Notes: generated from the letters alone by a model not told the origin. A DNA stretch of 45,940 nucleotides from an uncultured Microcoleus sp. (GCA_964657555.1 CAZZWA010000003.1:1-45940); one strand, 5' to 3'; numbered from the stretch's first letter, positions 15,769 through 24,474 are shown. A program made the numbers and translations.

Positions 15769-17643
15769 CTATGGACTTTTGATCAACGAAAACTCAAAAC
15801 TCAAAACGCTTAACAACGGCCAGAGCACTAGCATACCTAAAACACTTACCCCCAGAAGGATGGTGAATAGATAAAACTGCGACTGACCGGAAATGCTATA
15901 CCTCAAGCTTTGCCCGCTGAAAATGGTGACCAAGCCTACCAGGTTAACTGCTCCGTCAAACACATAGCGGTCAATCCAAGCATTTAACCGGGAAAGCCGA
16001 TCAACGGCAAAAACGACACTAACGTTGTACAACCTGTCAATGTAAAAGTCATAGGATAACAAGTCCTGCACGAATCTCAAGGGAATCAGTAAGGGTCTAG
16101 ACCAAGTCCGGTTGAGATAAACGGCTCCTCCTAATACACAACCGAGGATACCAGATGAAACCAAGAGCAGCACAGCTTCCCTGTTCAAAAACTCCCAATC
16201 TGGCAGCACCTTCAAGGTTTGCAGTAAGAAGGGCGCCAAGAGAGTGAATACGGTCAATGTCACCATCGGTACTGCCATTGGCCACGGAACTTCTGGTGCT
16301 CTCCTCGTCTTAGGCTGAGGTGACCCCAAAAAGACAAGACGAAACACGCGGGTTAAATTTATGGCACTTAGGGAATTGACCAGCAGCAATACTGCCACTA
16401 GACCAGGAAAGCCAAACAAAAAGACATTAACTCCTTCCCGCAACGCCCAAAAGCCTCCCAAAGGCAGCAGTCCTACTAATCCAGCACTGCCTACGACAAA
16501 GGCAGTGGTTGTCGCTGGCATGCGAGACCAAAGACCACCCATTTCTGTAAGATTTTGGTTGTTGGTGGTCACAATCACAGAGCCAGCGCTCATGAACAGC
16601 AGAGCTTTGGCGATTCCGTGGGTAAATAGCACCAGCAGGGCGAAATTAGTCCATTGCATGCCAACAGCGATGAATACCAATCCCAAGTAAGCGCTAGTGG
16701 AATGAGATAAAGCTCGCTTGATGTCAATTTGGGCGATCGCCACTAAAGAAGCACCTATAGACGTGACAGTGCCTAGGATGACCAACGTTGTGAGAGCCAG
16801 AGGCGAAAGGTTCAGAACGGGTTGGAGTCTAATCAGCACATACGCCCCGGAAGCTACGACTACTGAGTTTCGCAAGATTGAGGCTGGGTTTGGTCCTTCC
16901 ATTGCCTCATCTAGCCAGAGATGGAGGGGAAATTGGGCACATTTGCCTGTAGGACCGGCAATCAAAGCCAAGCAGATCAGATTTGCGACTAGAGGTGGTA
17001 AAGTAGCAGTCTCAGCCCACTCATATATATCAGGAAAGTCGAAGCTTCCTGCAAAGGTTCCCACTGCCACAACTCCCATCAGGAGTAATATATCTCCTAC
17101 TCGTTTGGTTAAAAAGGCGTCTCGTGCTGCTGTCACTACTAAAGGCTGGGCATACCAGAACCCTACCAGCAAATAGGTGGAAAGAGTGAGCATCTCCAGC
17201 AGAGCGTAGCTCAGAAACAAAGAGTTACTGATAGCCAAGCCACCCATTGCTCCCTCAAAAAACCCCATTAGGGCAAAGAAGCGGGCTAAAGCCCAATCCT
17301 TCTCCATATATCCCAAGGCGAAAAATTGTGCCAACAGACTTAAACCAGTCACCAATTCCATTGCCCCGACTGTTACCGAGGAGATGTTCAAGCTCAATGA
17401 TAGGTCTAGATCTGCTACTCTCAGCCAGTGGAACACTAACTCTTGAGGCTCCTGGTTTAAAGTCGCTGTGAAAATAATGGAGCCGTGGACAAGCGCCAAG
17501 ACGGTCATTAACAGGTTAAAGTAAGCTGCCGGTCGCGGTCCTGTGCGACGAATGATGCCTGTAGACCAGGGTAATGTCAAAATTGCCCCAATTAAGCCAT
17601 ATACAGGCACCCACCAACTCGCCTGGATGAGAAACTGAGTCAT
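15769..17643 (-). CDS. ndhF: NAD(P)H-quinone oxidoreductase subunit 5 (NdhF), CO2-uptake paralog (F3/F4 type)
   Basis: 624-aa polytopic subunit with HLWLDEAMEGPNPAS and ALSHSTSAYLGLVF. It is the first gene of the minus-strand operon, divergent from ccmK. Confidence 0.92.
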   Translation of the reverse strand: MTQFLIQASWWVPVYGLIGAILTLPWSTGIIRRTGPRPAAYFNLLMTVLALVHGSIIFTATLNQEPQELVFHWLRVADLDLSLSLNISSVTVGAMELVTGLSLLAQFFALGYMEKDWALARFFALMGFFEGAMGGLAISNSLFLSYALLEMLTLSTYLLVGFWYAQPLVVTAARDAFLTKRVGDILLLMGVVAVGTFAGSFDFPDIYEWAETATLPPLVANLICLALIAGPTGKCAQFPLHLWLDEAMEGPNPASILRNSVVVASGAYVLIRLQPVLNLSPLALTTLVILGTVTSIGASLVAIAQIDIKRALSHSTSAYLGLVFIAVGMQWTNFALLVLFTHGIAKALLFMSAGSVIVTTNNQNLTEMGGLWSRMPATTTAFVVGSAGLVGLLPLGGFWALREGVNVFLFGFPGLVAVLLLVNSLSAINLTRVFRLVFLGSPQPKTRRAPEVPWPMAVPMVTLTVFTLLAPFLLQTLKVLPDWEFLNREAVLLLVSSGILGCVLGGAVYLNRTWSRPLLIPLRFVQDLLSYDFYIDRLYNVSVVFAVDRLSRLNAWIDRYVFDGAVNLVGLVTIFSGQSLRYSISGQSQFYLFTILLGVSVLGMLVLWPLLSVLSFEFSLIKSP

Positions 17644-18335
17644 CTAAAAGGCCCTCCCGATGAAGGAATCAATCTACGTTTCCACGAAGAACAACCCGAA
17701 ACGGTTTTCACCGCCGGGAAATTTGTCTTGCGCATGGATTAATTTTTTGTTAATTTGTTTTTTCAGCTTAACGCTTATTACTGAAATTTAACATTATGTT
17801 CTATGACACTCATCAACTTCTCATCAATCTCTCATGTAGATATGTAAACTACTAGCTAAAGGGCAGATCTTAGACAATCAGTATCTCTACCTATATAACT
17901 ACATTAACAAATGTATTTGAAAAACTTATATTTAATAAATTCAGCGGTTCTCAGTTAAGAGGTTTAATAGCAAAGAGAGCTCGCTCAAATCCGAAAACCT
18001 TGCTGCGATCGCCCACTATTGGGGATTACAAGTCATGAACATGCCAATTTATCAAAAAAGTAATAAAGATATTATAAAACACAACAACCATTCCTTCAAA
18101 CTCACTAACTTTGGTTTAAGACCTAGGCTATATATTGGTATTGTTAAGTTTTTTTAAACATTCTCATACAAAATTATCATAGTAATTTATATTGTCAAGG
18201 AAGCAAAGCTTTAATATGCTTAGTTTGGCAATGCTAAGAAAGCTTTCTCTAGCTTAAAAATGGGCAGTTCCGTCAAAATTTTGTCTGCCCTGTGGTTCGC
18301 GCACTTAACGTTCATTCACTTCTGGGAGATTATCG
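17644..18335. promoter_or_regulatory. Divergent control region between ndhF and ccmK2 (promoters and probable LysR/CcmR-NdhR-type operators)
   Basis: A 692-nt AT-rich spacer with no ORF. It contains a perfect 12-bp palindrome agaaagctttct (18237-18248), cttag-N10-ctaag (18219-18238), an inverted repeat gggcag-N17-ctgccc (18261-18289) in the ccmK2 leader, and ttaattttttgttaa (TTA-N9-TAA) near 17740. Confidence 0.6.
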
Positions 18336-18644
18336 ATGCCAATTGCGGTGGGAATGATTGAAACCAAAGGCTTTCCGGCGGTTGTGGAAGCAGCAGACGC
18401 TATGGTGAAAGCTGCCCGCGTCACCCTAGTGGGCTATGAAAAAATTGGTAGTGCCCGCGTCACCGTTATCGTGCGGGGAGATGTCTCCGAGGTGCAAGCC
18501 TCAGTAGCAGCTGGGGTTGATGCTGCTAGACGAGTAAATGGTGGTGAGGTTTTATCCACCCACATTATTGCTCGTCCTCATGAAAACCTGGAGTACGTTC
18601 TGCCAATTCGTTACACTGAAGCAGTCGAACAGTTCCGTACTTAG
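18336..18644 (+). CDS. ccmK2: Carboxysome shell hexamer protein CcmK (short, CcmK2-type)
   Basis: The BMC domain [57 protein letters not shown] is followed by [15 protein letters not shown]. The protein is 102 aa and is the first gene of the operon. Confidence 0.95.
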   Translation: MPIAVGMIETKGFPAVVEAADAMVKAARVTLVGYEKIGSARVTVIVRGDVSEVQASVAAGVDAARRVNGGEVLSTHIIARPHENLEYVLPIRYTEAVEQFRT

Positions 18645-18769
18645 AGCTAGATAAACTGGCTTAGCACTTAAGCTTTCCCTGTCTGGACGAGGGAGTCCTG
18701 AAAAGATGTGCAGTGTATATCTGAACAAAGGGCTCAATTAGAAAAACTTTATTTTGGAAGGAAGAAACG

Positions 18770-19111
18770 ATGGCTATTGCAGTTGGAATGATTGAAACTC
18801 TTGGTTTTCCAGCAGTTGTGGAAGCCGCTGATGCGATGGTCAAAGCTGCCCGCGTCACGCTAGTAGGTTATGAAAAAATCGGTAGTGGCAGAGTCACGGT
18901 GATTGTTCGGGGAGATGTCTCAGAAGTGCAAGCTTCTGTGGGAGCAGGAGTAGAATCAGTTAAACGCGTAAATGGCGGTCAAGTTTTGTCCACTCACATC
19001 ATTGCCCGTCCCCACGAGAACTTGGAGTATGTCCTGCCCATTCGTTACACCGAAGCAGTTGAACAGTTCCGTGAGAGTGTCTCTGGTATTCGTCCCCTCA
19101 ATAGACCGTAA
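18770..19111 (+). CDS. ccmK1: Carboxysome shell hexamer protein CcmK (CcmK1-type with a C-terminal extension)
   Basis: Near-duplicate of the preceding gene ([38 protein letters not shown]...) with about 10 extra C-terminal residues. SD ggaagg lies before the ATG. Confidence 0.95.
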   Translation: MAIAVGMIETLGFPAVVEAADAMVKAARVTLVGYEKIGSGRVTVIVRGDVSEVQASVGAGVESVKRVNGGQVLSTHIIARPHENLEYVLPIRYTEAVEQFRESVSGIRPLNRP

Positions 19112-19114
19112 CAA

Positions 19115-19178
19115 GGGTAAAGGGTAAAGGGTAATAGGAAGGCTTGAAGACCAATTACCAGTTACCAATTACCAATTA
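19115..19178. repeat. Two STRR-like heptamer arrays in the ccmK1-ccmL spacer
   Basis: gggtaaa gggtaaa gggtaat (19115-19135) and ccaatta ccagtta ccaatta ccaatta (19151-19178). Confidence 0.9.
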
Positions 19179-19184
19179 GCTAAA

Positions 19185-19487
19185 ATGCAAATTGCCAAGG
19201 TTCGCGGCACAGTTGTTAGTACCCACAAAGAGCTGAGTCTTAGGGGGGTTAAGCTACTCCTGTTGCAATTTATAAACGAAGAGGGACGCTTGCTACCGGA
19301 ATATGAGGTAGCTGGCGATCAGGTAGGAGCAGGTCTAGATGAGTGGGTTCTTGTCAGCCGTGGCAGTGCAGCCCGTCAAATAGATGGGGGTGAGAGCCGT
19401 CCCATTGATGCAATGGTAGTAGCGATTATTGACACTGTCTCTGTTGACAACCGCCTCCTTTATAGCAAGAAGGAGCAGTATCGTTAG
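19185..19487 (+). CDS. ccmL: Carboxysome vertex pentamer protein CcmL
   Basis: 100-aa EutN/CcmL fold with MQIAKVRGTVVSTHK...LLLLQF...DQVGAG..EWVLVSRGSAAR. It occupies the canonical position after ccmK. Confidence 0.93.
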   Translation: MQIAKVRGTVVSTHKELSLRGVKLLLLQFINEEGRLLPEYEVAGDQVGAGLDEWVLVSRGSAARQIDGGESRPIDAMVVAIIDTVSVDNRLLYSKKEQYR

Positions 19488-19627
19488 TAGCCAGTGGAAG
19501 TGGCGATTTACAGTTACCGCGTTTTCTTAACTTGTCACTTCTCACTGTTCCCTTTCACAGGAAAATGGACTAAGGGAAAATAGACTCGCGCCAGCATCGC
19601 TTTGTTGAGTATTAGGAGGATAGACTG

Positions 19628-21271
19628 ATGATAGTCCGCAACTCTGCGGCTCCCCCGACCCCGTGGTCAAAAAGTTTGGCGGAACCAAAGATTCATGAAA
19701 CTGCTTATGTGCATTCTTTCTCCAATATCATTGGAGATGTTCGGGTAGGGCCTGATGTGCTGATTGCACCAGGAACTTCTATAAGAGCTGATGAAGGGAG
19801 TCCTTTCTACATCGGTGAAGGAACCAACATTCAAGATGGAGTTGTGATTCACGGCTTAGAAGAAGGCCGGGTGATTGGGGATGACAAAGGCCAATACTCC
19901 GTCTGGGTTGGCAAAGATTCTTCCCTGGCCCATATGGCTTTGATTCACGGCCCTGCTTACGTTGGAGATAATTGCTTCATCGGCTTCCGCTCCACAGTAT
20001 TTAACGCCAGGGTAGGCAATGGCTGTATCGTGATGATGCATGCCCTGATCCAGGATGTAGAGATTCCTCCAGGTAAGTATGTGCCTTCAGGGGCTGTGAT
20101 TACTAGCCAGCAACAGGCTGACCGGCTGCCGGACGTGCAAGCCGAGGATGTCAAATTCGCGAGCCATGTCGTAGGGATTAATGATGCCTTACGAACTGGT
20201 TATCGCTGTGCTGGGGAGGTGGCCTGTATTGCACCTATCCGCAATGAATCAGGACAATCCCCCAATGGTAGCCGCACTCTTTCCGTAGGAGCATCTGAGA
20301 TGTCTAGTACCAAATTGAGTCAAGAGGTCATTGAGCAGATCCGTCAACTGCTAGCTCAAGGTTACCGAATCAGTTTGGAATATGCCGACCAACGCCGATT
20401 CCGTACCAGTTCGTGGCAGACTGGCGGCCCGGTTCAGTCAAACCGGGATACTGATGTGATTACCGCCATTGAAGCTTTGCTAGATGAGCATCCAGGAGAG
20501 TATGTGCGCCTGATCGGGATTGATCCCAAGGTGAAGCGACGGGTGCTGGAGCAAATTATCCAAAGACCCGATGGTCAGCCAGGTGCTAAGAGTACGACAT
20601 CTGCCACTTTATCTCAGTTTAAGAGTAGCGGCAACGGCGGAACTCAAGCATCAAGTTCTCGCCTAGGTGAAGACGTGGTAGCACAAGTTCGTCAACTGCT
20701 GGCTCAAGGTCATCGCATTGGGATGGAACATGCAGACGGGCGTCGATTCCGCACCAGTTCCTGGCAGAGTTGCTCACCAATTCAATCCACTAAGGAATCT
20801 GACGTCATCCAGGGACTGGAAGCTTGTATTGATGAACACCTTGGGGAATACGTGCGCTTAATTGGGATCGATCCAAAAGCCAAGCGACGGGTTCTAGAGC
20901 AAATTATTCAAAGACCCGATGGTAAGACAGCTCCCCAGAGTGCAAATAAGAGTGTTAGCCAAACCTCGACCAATGGCTCTAGATCAACCAGCTCACAATC
21001 ATCAAGCAGCAGCTTGAGTTCTGAAGCAGTAGTGCAGGTACGAAATCTGCTGTCTCAGGGATACAAAATTGGTACGGAGCATGCAGACGGGCGTCGGTTT
21101 CGCACCAGTTCTTGGCACAGCTGCGCTCCCATTCAAGCCAATCAAGAGTCTGAGGTGATTAAAGCCTTAGAAGCTTGCCTGAGCGAACATGCTGGAGAAT
21201 ATGTGCGACTGTTTGGCATTGACCCAAAAGTCAAGCGGCGCGTTGGCGAGACAATTATCCAAAAGCCTTGA
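19628..21271 (+). CDS. ccmM: Carboxysome assembly protein CcmM: N-terminal gamma-carbonic-anhydrase domain plus three SSUL (RbcS-like) modules
   Basis: The left-handed beta-helix gamma-CA domain spans aa 1-~205. Three ~87-aa repeats (RFRTSSW...[16 protein letters not shown]) are joined by S/T/Q-rich linkers. Confidence 0.95.
   Translation: MIVRNSAAPPTPWSKSLAEPKIHETAYVHSFSNIIGDVRVGPDVLIAPGTSIRADEGSPFYIGEGTNIQDGVVIHGLEEGRVIGDDKGQYSVWVGKDSSLAHMALIHGPAYVGDNCFIGFRSTVFNARVGNGCIVMMHALIQDVEIPPGKYVPSGAVITSQQQADRLPDVQAEDVKFASHVVGINDALRTGYRCAGEVACIAPIRNESGQSPNGSRTLSVGASEMSSTKLSQEVIEQIRQLLAQGYRISLEYADQRRFRTSSWQTGGPVQSNRDTDVITAIEALLDEHPGEYVRLIGIDPKVKRRVLEQIIQRPDGQPGAKSTTSATLSQFKSSGNGGTQASSSRLGEDVVAQVRQLLAQGHRIGMEHADGRRFRTSSWQSCSPIQSTKESDVIQGLEACIDEHLGEYVRLIGIDPKAKRRVLEQIIQRPDGKTAPQSANKSVSQTSTNGSRSTSSQSSSSSLSSEAVVQVRNLLSQGYKIGTEHADGRRFRTSSWHSCAPIQANQESEVIKALEACLSEHAGEYVRLFGIDPKVKRRVGETIIQKP
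20315..21268 (+). repeat. Three tandem SSUL modules of CcmM
   Basis: Modules lie at about 20315-20575, 20663-20924 and 21014-21268. They share long identical peptide stretches ([30 protein letters not shown]). Confidence 0.9.
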
Positions 21272-21285
21272 GGTTTGCTTCTTAG

Positions 21286-21924
21286 ATGCCTTTGCCGCCA
21301 CTAGAACCAATTAGCAACTCTCACTTTTGTAAGAGCGGCGACGTAACCATCCATGCCAGTGCGGCGATCGCTCCTGGGGCGATCCTGCAAGCAGACCCAG
21401 ACAGTCGAATTATCATCAATGCTGGAGTCTGCATCGGCATGGGGGCTATTCTTCATGCCCATCAAGGTATCCTAGAAGTAGAGACAGGCGCTACCATAGG
21501 GGCTAGTGTCTTAGTGGTTGGCAAGGGTAAGATCGGGGCAAATGCCTGCATTGGTTCAGCAACGACGATTTGGAACAGTTCTGTAGCACCGGCACAAGTG
21601 GTGCCTCCTAGCTCGCTGCTCGGAGACACGGGTCGTCAGATTTCTGAACCTCAAGAGACGACGTCTACTTGTGAGGAATCGCTGAACGGGCGAGCTAGCA
21701 ACCCTCCCTCAGCAGTAGACCAGAGCAGTAGTGGTGAGGGAGACCCTAACGCCCCATCCGCCGCTCCCGTGCCAGACGCCACCCCATCCCCCGCAGCCAC
21801 TGAATCACCAGCCTCGGTTAGTGTTTCAGTTTATGGGCAAGCTAGCCTGAACCGACTGTTGGGGACACTGTTTCCCTATAATTCCTCTTTCAAACGCACC
21901 GACCAAGAGGATAAAACTGAGTAG
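21286..21924 (+). CDS. ccmN: Carboxysome assembly protein CcmN
   Basis: A hexapeptide-repeat beta-helix N-domain is followed by a P/S/A-rich linker and a C-terminal amphipathic peptide (SLNRLLGTLF) typical of the CcmN encapsulation peptide. It follows ccmM. Confidence 0.9.
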   Translation: MPLPPLEPISNSHFCKSGDVTIHASAAIAPGAILQADPDSRIIINAGVCIGMGAILHAHQGILEVETGATIGASVLVVGKGKIGANACIGSATTIWNSSVAPAQVVPPSSLLGDTGRQISEPQETTSTCEESLNGRASNPPSAVDQSSSGEGDPNAPSAAPVPDATPSPAATESPASVSVSVYGQASLNRLLGTLFPYNSSFKRTDQEDKTE

Positions 21925-22034
21925 TTAATAGAAATACACATAACATTTAAAATACGTATGCAGTCGGAGGCTAGGTCAGGCGGTTTTAGGGATAATGGGA
22001 TTAGCCGCCTGGTATGTTCTCATGGAGATCTAAG

Positions 22035-22835
22035 ATGCAGTTAAAAAAGCAAGGGATTGTCCCCCTTGAGCGCTCTCAGCAACGCCAAAACTATAAGGAC
22101 ACTGCCCTCGGCTTAGTCTCTACTAGCAGTTTTCCTGCTCTCATTGGTACAGCTGACATGATGCTCAAGTCAGCTGGAGTTAGACTCATCGGGTACGAAA
22201 AAATTGGCAACGGTCAGTGTACCGTCATTGTGCGCGGAGGAATTTCTGATGTCCGGCTAGCAGTACAAGCTGGTGTTGAGACAGCCGAGCAGTTTGGCAG
22301 TTTTGTTTCCTCTCTGGTCATTCCTCGACCACTCCCCAACCTGGACGTGGTCTTCCCCATTGGCAATCACTTAGCCATGCTAGCTGAAGAAAACGGTCAA
22401 AGCCGCCTGAGCAATCAAGCCGTGGGTTTGTTGGAAACGCGGGGATTTCCAGCGATGGTTGGCGCAGCTGATGCCATGCTCAAAGCAGGTGATGTCCAGC
22501 TAGCCTCTTATGAGACCATTGGAGCTGGTTTGTGTACCGCCATCATCCGAGGATCTGTTGCAAATGTGGCAGTAGCAGTAGAGGCAGGTATGCACGAAGC
22601 CGAACGCATTGGGGAGTTCCACTCTCTGATGGTGATTCCTCGCCCCCTAGATGAATTAGAAAGCACCCTGCCAGTGGCTAGTTGCTGGGTAGAAGAGCGA
22701 CCAAAACCCTTGCTATTGCCAGTGAGCGTTCAGGAAGCAGAAAAAGAGCTTGTAGAACTGCCAGAGTTAGTAGAACTGCCAGAGCGGGCAAAGTTCCCTG
22801 CTCCTCTCAAAAAAGAAATTATGGATTTTGAGTAA
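22035..22835 (+). CDS. ccmO: Carboxysome shell protein CcmO (tandem BMC domains)
   Basis: Two BMC domains are present (ALGLVSTSSFPALIGTADMMLKSAGVRLIGYEKIG and AVGLLETRGFPAMVGAADAMLKAGDVQLASYETIG). The ORF track starts at 22014, but the ATG at 22035 has a ggaga SD 6 nt upstream and the one at 22014 has none. Confidence 0.92.
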   Translation: MQLKKQGIVPLERSQQRQNYKDTALGLVSTSSFPALIGTADMMLKSAGVRLIGYEKIGNGQCTVIVRGGISDVRLAVQAGVETAEQFGSFVSSLVIPRPLPNLDVVFPIGNHLAMLAEENGQSRLSNQAVGLLETRGFPAMVGAADAMLKAGDVQLASYETIGAGLCTAIIRGSVANVAVAVEAGMHEAERIGEFHSLMVIPRPLDELESTLPVASCWVEERPKPLLLPVSVQEAEKELVELPELVELPERAKFPAPLKKEIMDFE

Positions 22836-23004
22836 GCTCCGGGTAGAGCATCAGAGATTAGGAATTGGCGAATAGAGACTGGAGAGCAGTAGCGATTGGG
22901 AAGACAAGGAAGTGGCATAAATCAGGGAGAGTTGGCAATAAGTGTTTGTGGATAAAAATCCTCTTTCCAGTCCCTTCCAGGTTCACTGACTAGGAGAAAT
23001 AGCC

Positions 23005-24474
23005 TTGTCCCATCCGATTGTTCACGTTCAACCCCCCCTAGAATTCATTCCACCAGCCCTCAATCCTCTAGTGCTGCGGTTTGCGCAAATGGCGTTGCCT
23101 GTTTGGCTGCGATCGCGTACCGTCATTAGCCACATTCAAGCAGACAATGTAGAAACGTTGGTAGATTTTTATCAACAGTTCCAAACTGGTAAAATCCGAT
23201 TTTTGCTGGCATTTCGCCATCCTACGGCCCTAGACCCGTTTTGTATGGGATATCTGCTTTCCCATTTGGTACCGCAGGTAGCACGCCAGAAAAAAATACC
23301 GCTGAAATCCCCAATTCATGCCCACTTTATCTATGATCGGGGGATTCCTCTGTGGGCTGGCTCTTTAGTAGGCTGGCTATGTCCCCGTTTAGGCGGAACT
23401 CCTATCCATCGGGGTAGGCTAGATAGAACTGGTTTGCGCTCGGCTCGCAACTTATTTGCCAATGCTAGTCTACCAATGGCTGCTGCTCCCGAAGGAGCCA
23501 CCAACAGTCACAATGAAATTGTTAGCCCTATAGAACCTGGAATTGCCCAATTAGGATTCTGGTGTGTTGAAGATTTACTCAAAGCTGGACGCTGCGAACA
23601 AGTTTTTATTGTGCCAATCGGGATTCAGTACCGTTATGTTGAAGCTCCTTGGAAAGCTCTGGAAAACCTGTTGAGCGAGTTGGAGGCTATTAGTGGTTTG
23701 CAGCAACGACAAGGGAAAATCAATCAGCCGCTCCCCACATCAGCTATCATGGCTGCTGCTAGCCTCCAGCCTCGCGAAGCTGCCCTTTATCAACGGCTAT
23801 ATCGGTTGGGCGAGCACTTACTATCCTTGATGGAGGACTTTTACTCGCGATTCTATCATCAAACCCTACCGGAAATCTCAAGCGCTCATCAGCAGGAGAC
23901 AACAGAAAATCCTCAACTATCAGAATTGCCGCCCCTTAGTTCTCATCAAGAATTTGCAGCTCGATTACAGGCTTTGTTGGATGCAGCATTGCGGGTAGCA
24001 GAGCAGTATTTTAACCTTCAACCCCACGGCAGCGTGATCGACCGCTGTCGCCGTCTGGAGCAAGCAGGCTGGGATTATATTTATCGAGAGGATATCAAAA
24101 ATATAGAAGCACTTTCTCCCCTAGAAAGGGGACTGGCAGATCGGATTGCGGAAGACGCAAGTCTGAGAACGTGGCACATGCGCCTAGCAGAAAGTTTCGT
24201 GGCAGTGACAGGCAGGTACGTTTTAGAAAAACCTACAGCAGAACGGTTTGCTGAAACAACCTTACTGATGTGGGACACGATTATCAAAATTCAAGGTGGT
24301 AATGCCTTCCGTCGTCCTAATTTGGGTAAGCGGTGGGTACAGATGACAGTGGGTCAACCAATATCGGTTTCAGATCGTTTTGATACCTATCAATCCAGTC
24401 GCCGCAGTGCCAAGCAAGCTGTTGCTGACCTTACTCAAGATCTGCAAGCTGCACTAGCAAAAATGATTTCCTGA
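23005..24474 (+). CDS. PlsC-family (lysophospholipid/glycerol-3-phosphate-type) acyltransferase with a long helical C-terminal extension
   Basis: HX4D motif in FRHPTALDPF and AAPEGATN (PEGT-like block III). TTG start with SD aggag 8 nt upstream. Confidence 0.7.
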   Translation: MSHPIVHVQPPLEFIPPALNPLVLRFAQMALPVWLRSRTVISHIQADNVETLVDFYQQFQTGKIRFLLAFRHPTALDPFCMGYLLSHLVPQVARQKKIPLKSPIHAHFIYDRGIPLWAGSLVGWLCPRLGGTPIHRGRLDRTGLRSARNLFANASLPMAAAPEGATNSHNEIVSPIEPGIAQLGFWCVEDLLKAGRCEQVFIVPIGIQYRYVEAPWKALENLLSELEAISGLQQRQGKINQPLPTSAIMAAASLQPREAALYQRLYRLGEHLLSLMEDFYSRFYHQTLPEISSAHQQETTENPQLSELPPLSSHQEFAARLQALLDAALRVAEQYFNLQPHGSVIDRCRRLEQAGWDYIYREDIKNIEALSPLERGLADRIAEDASLRTWHMRLAESFVAVTGRYVLEKPTAERFAETTLLMWDTIIKIQGGNAFRRPNLGKRWVQMTVGQPISVSDRFDTYQSSRRSAKQAVADLTQDLQAALAKMIS

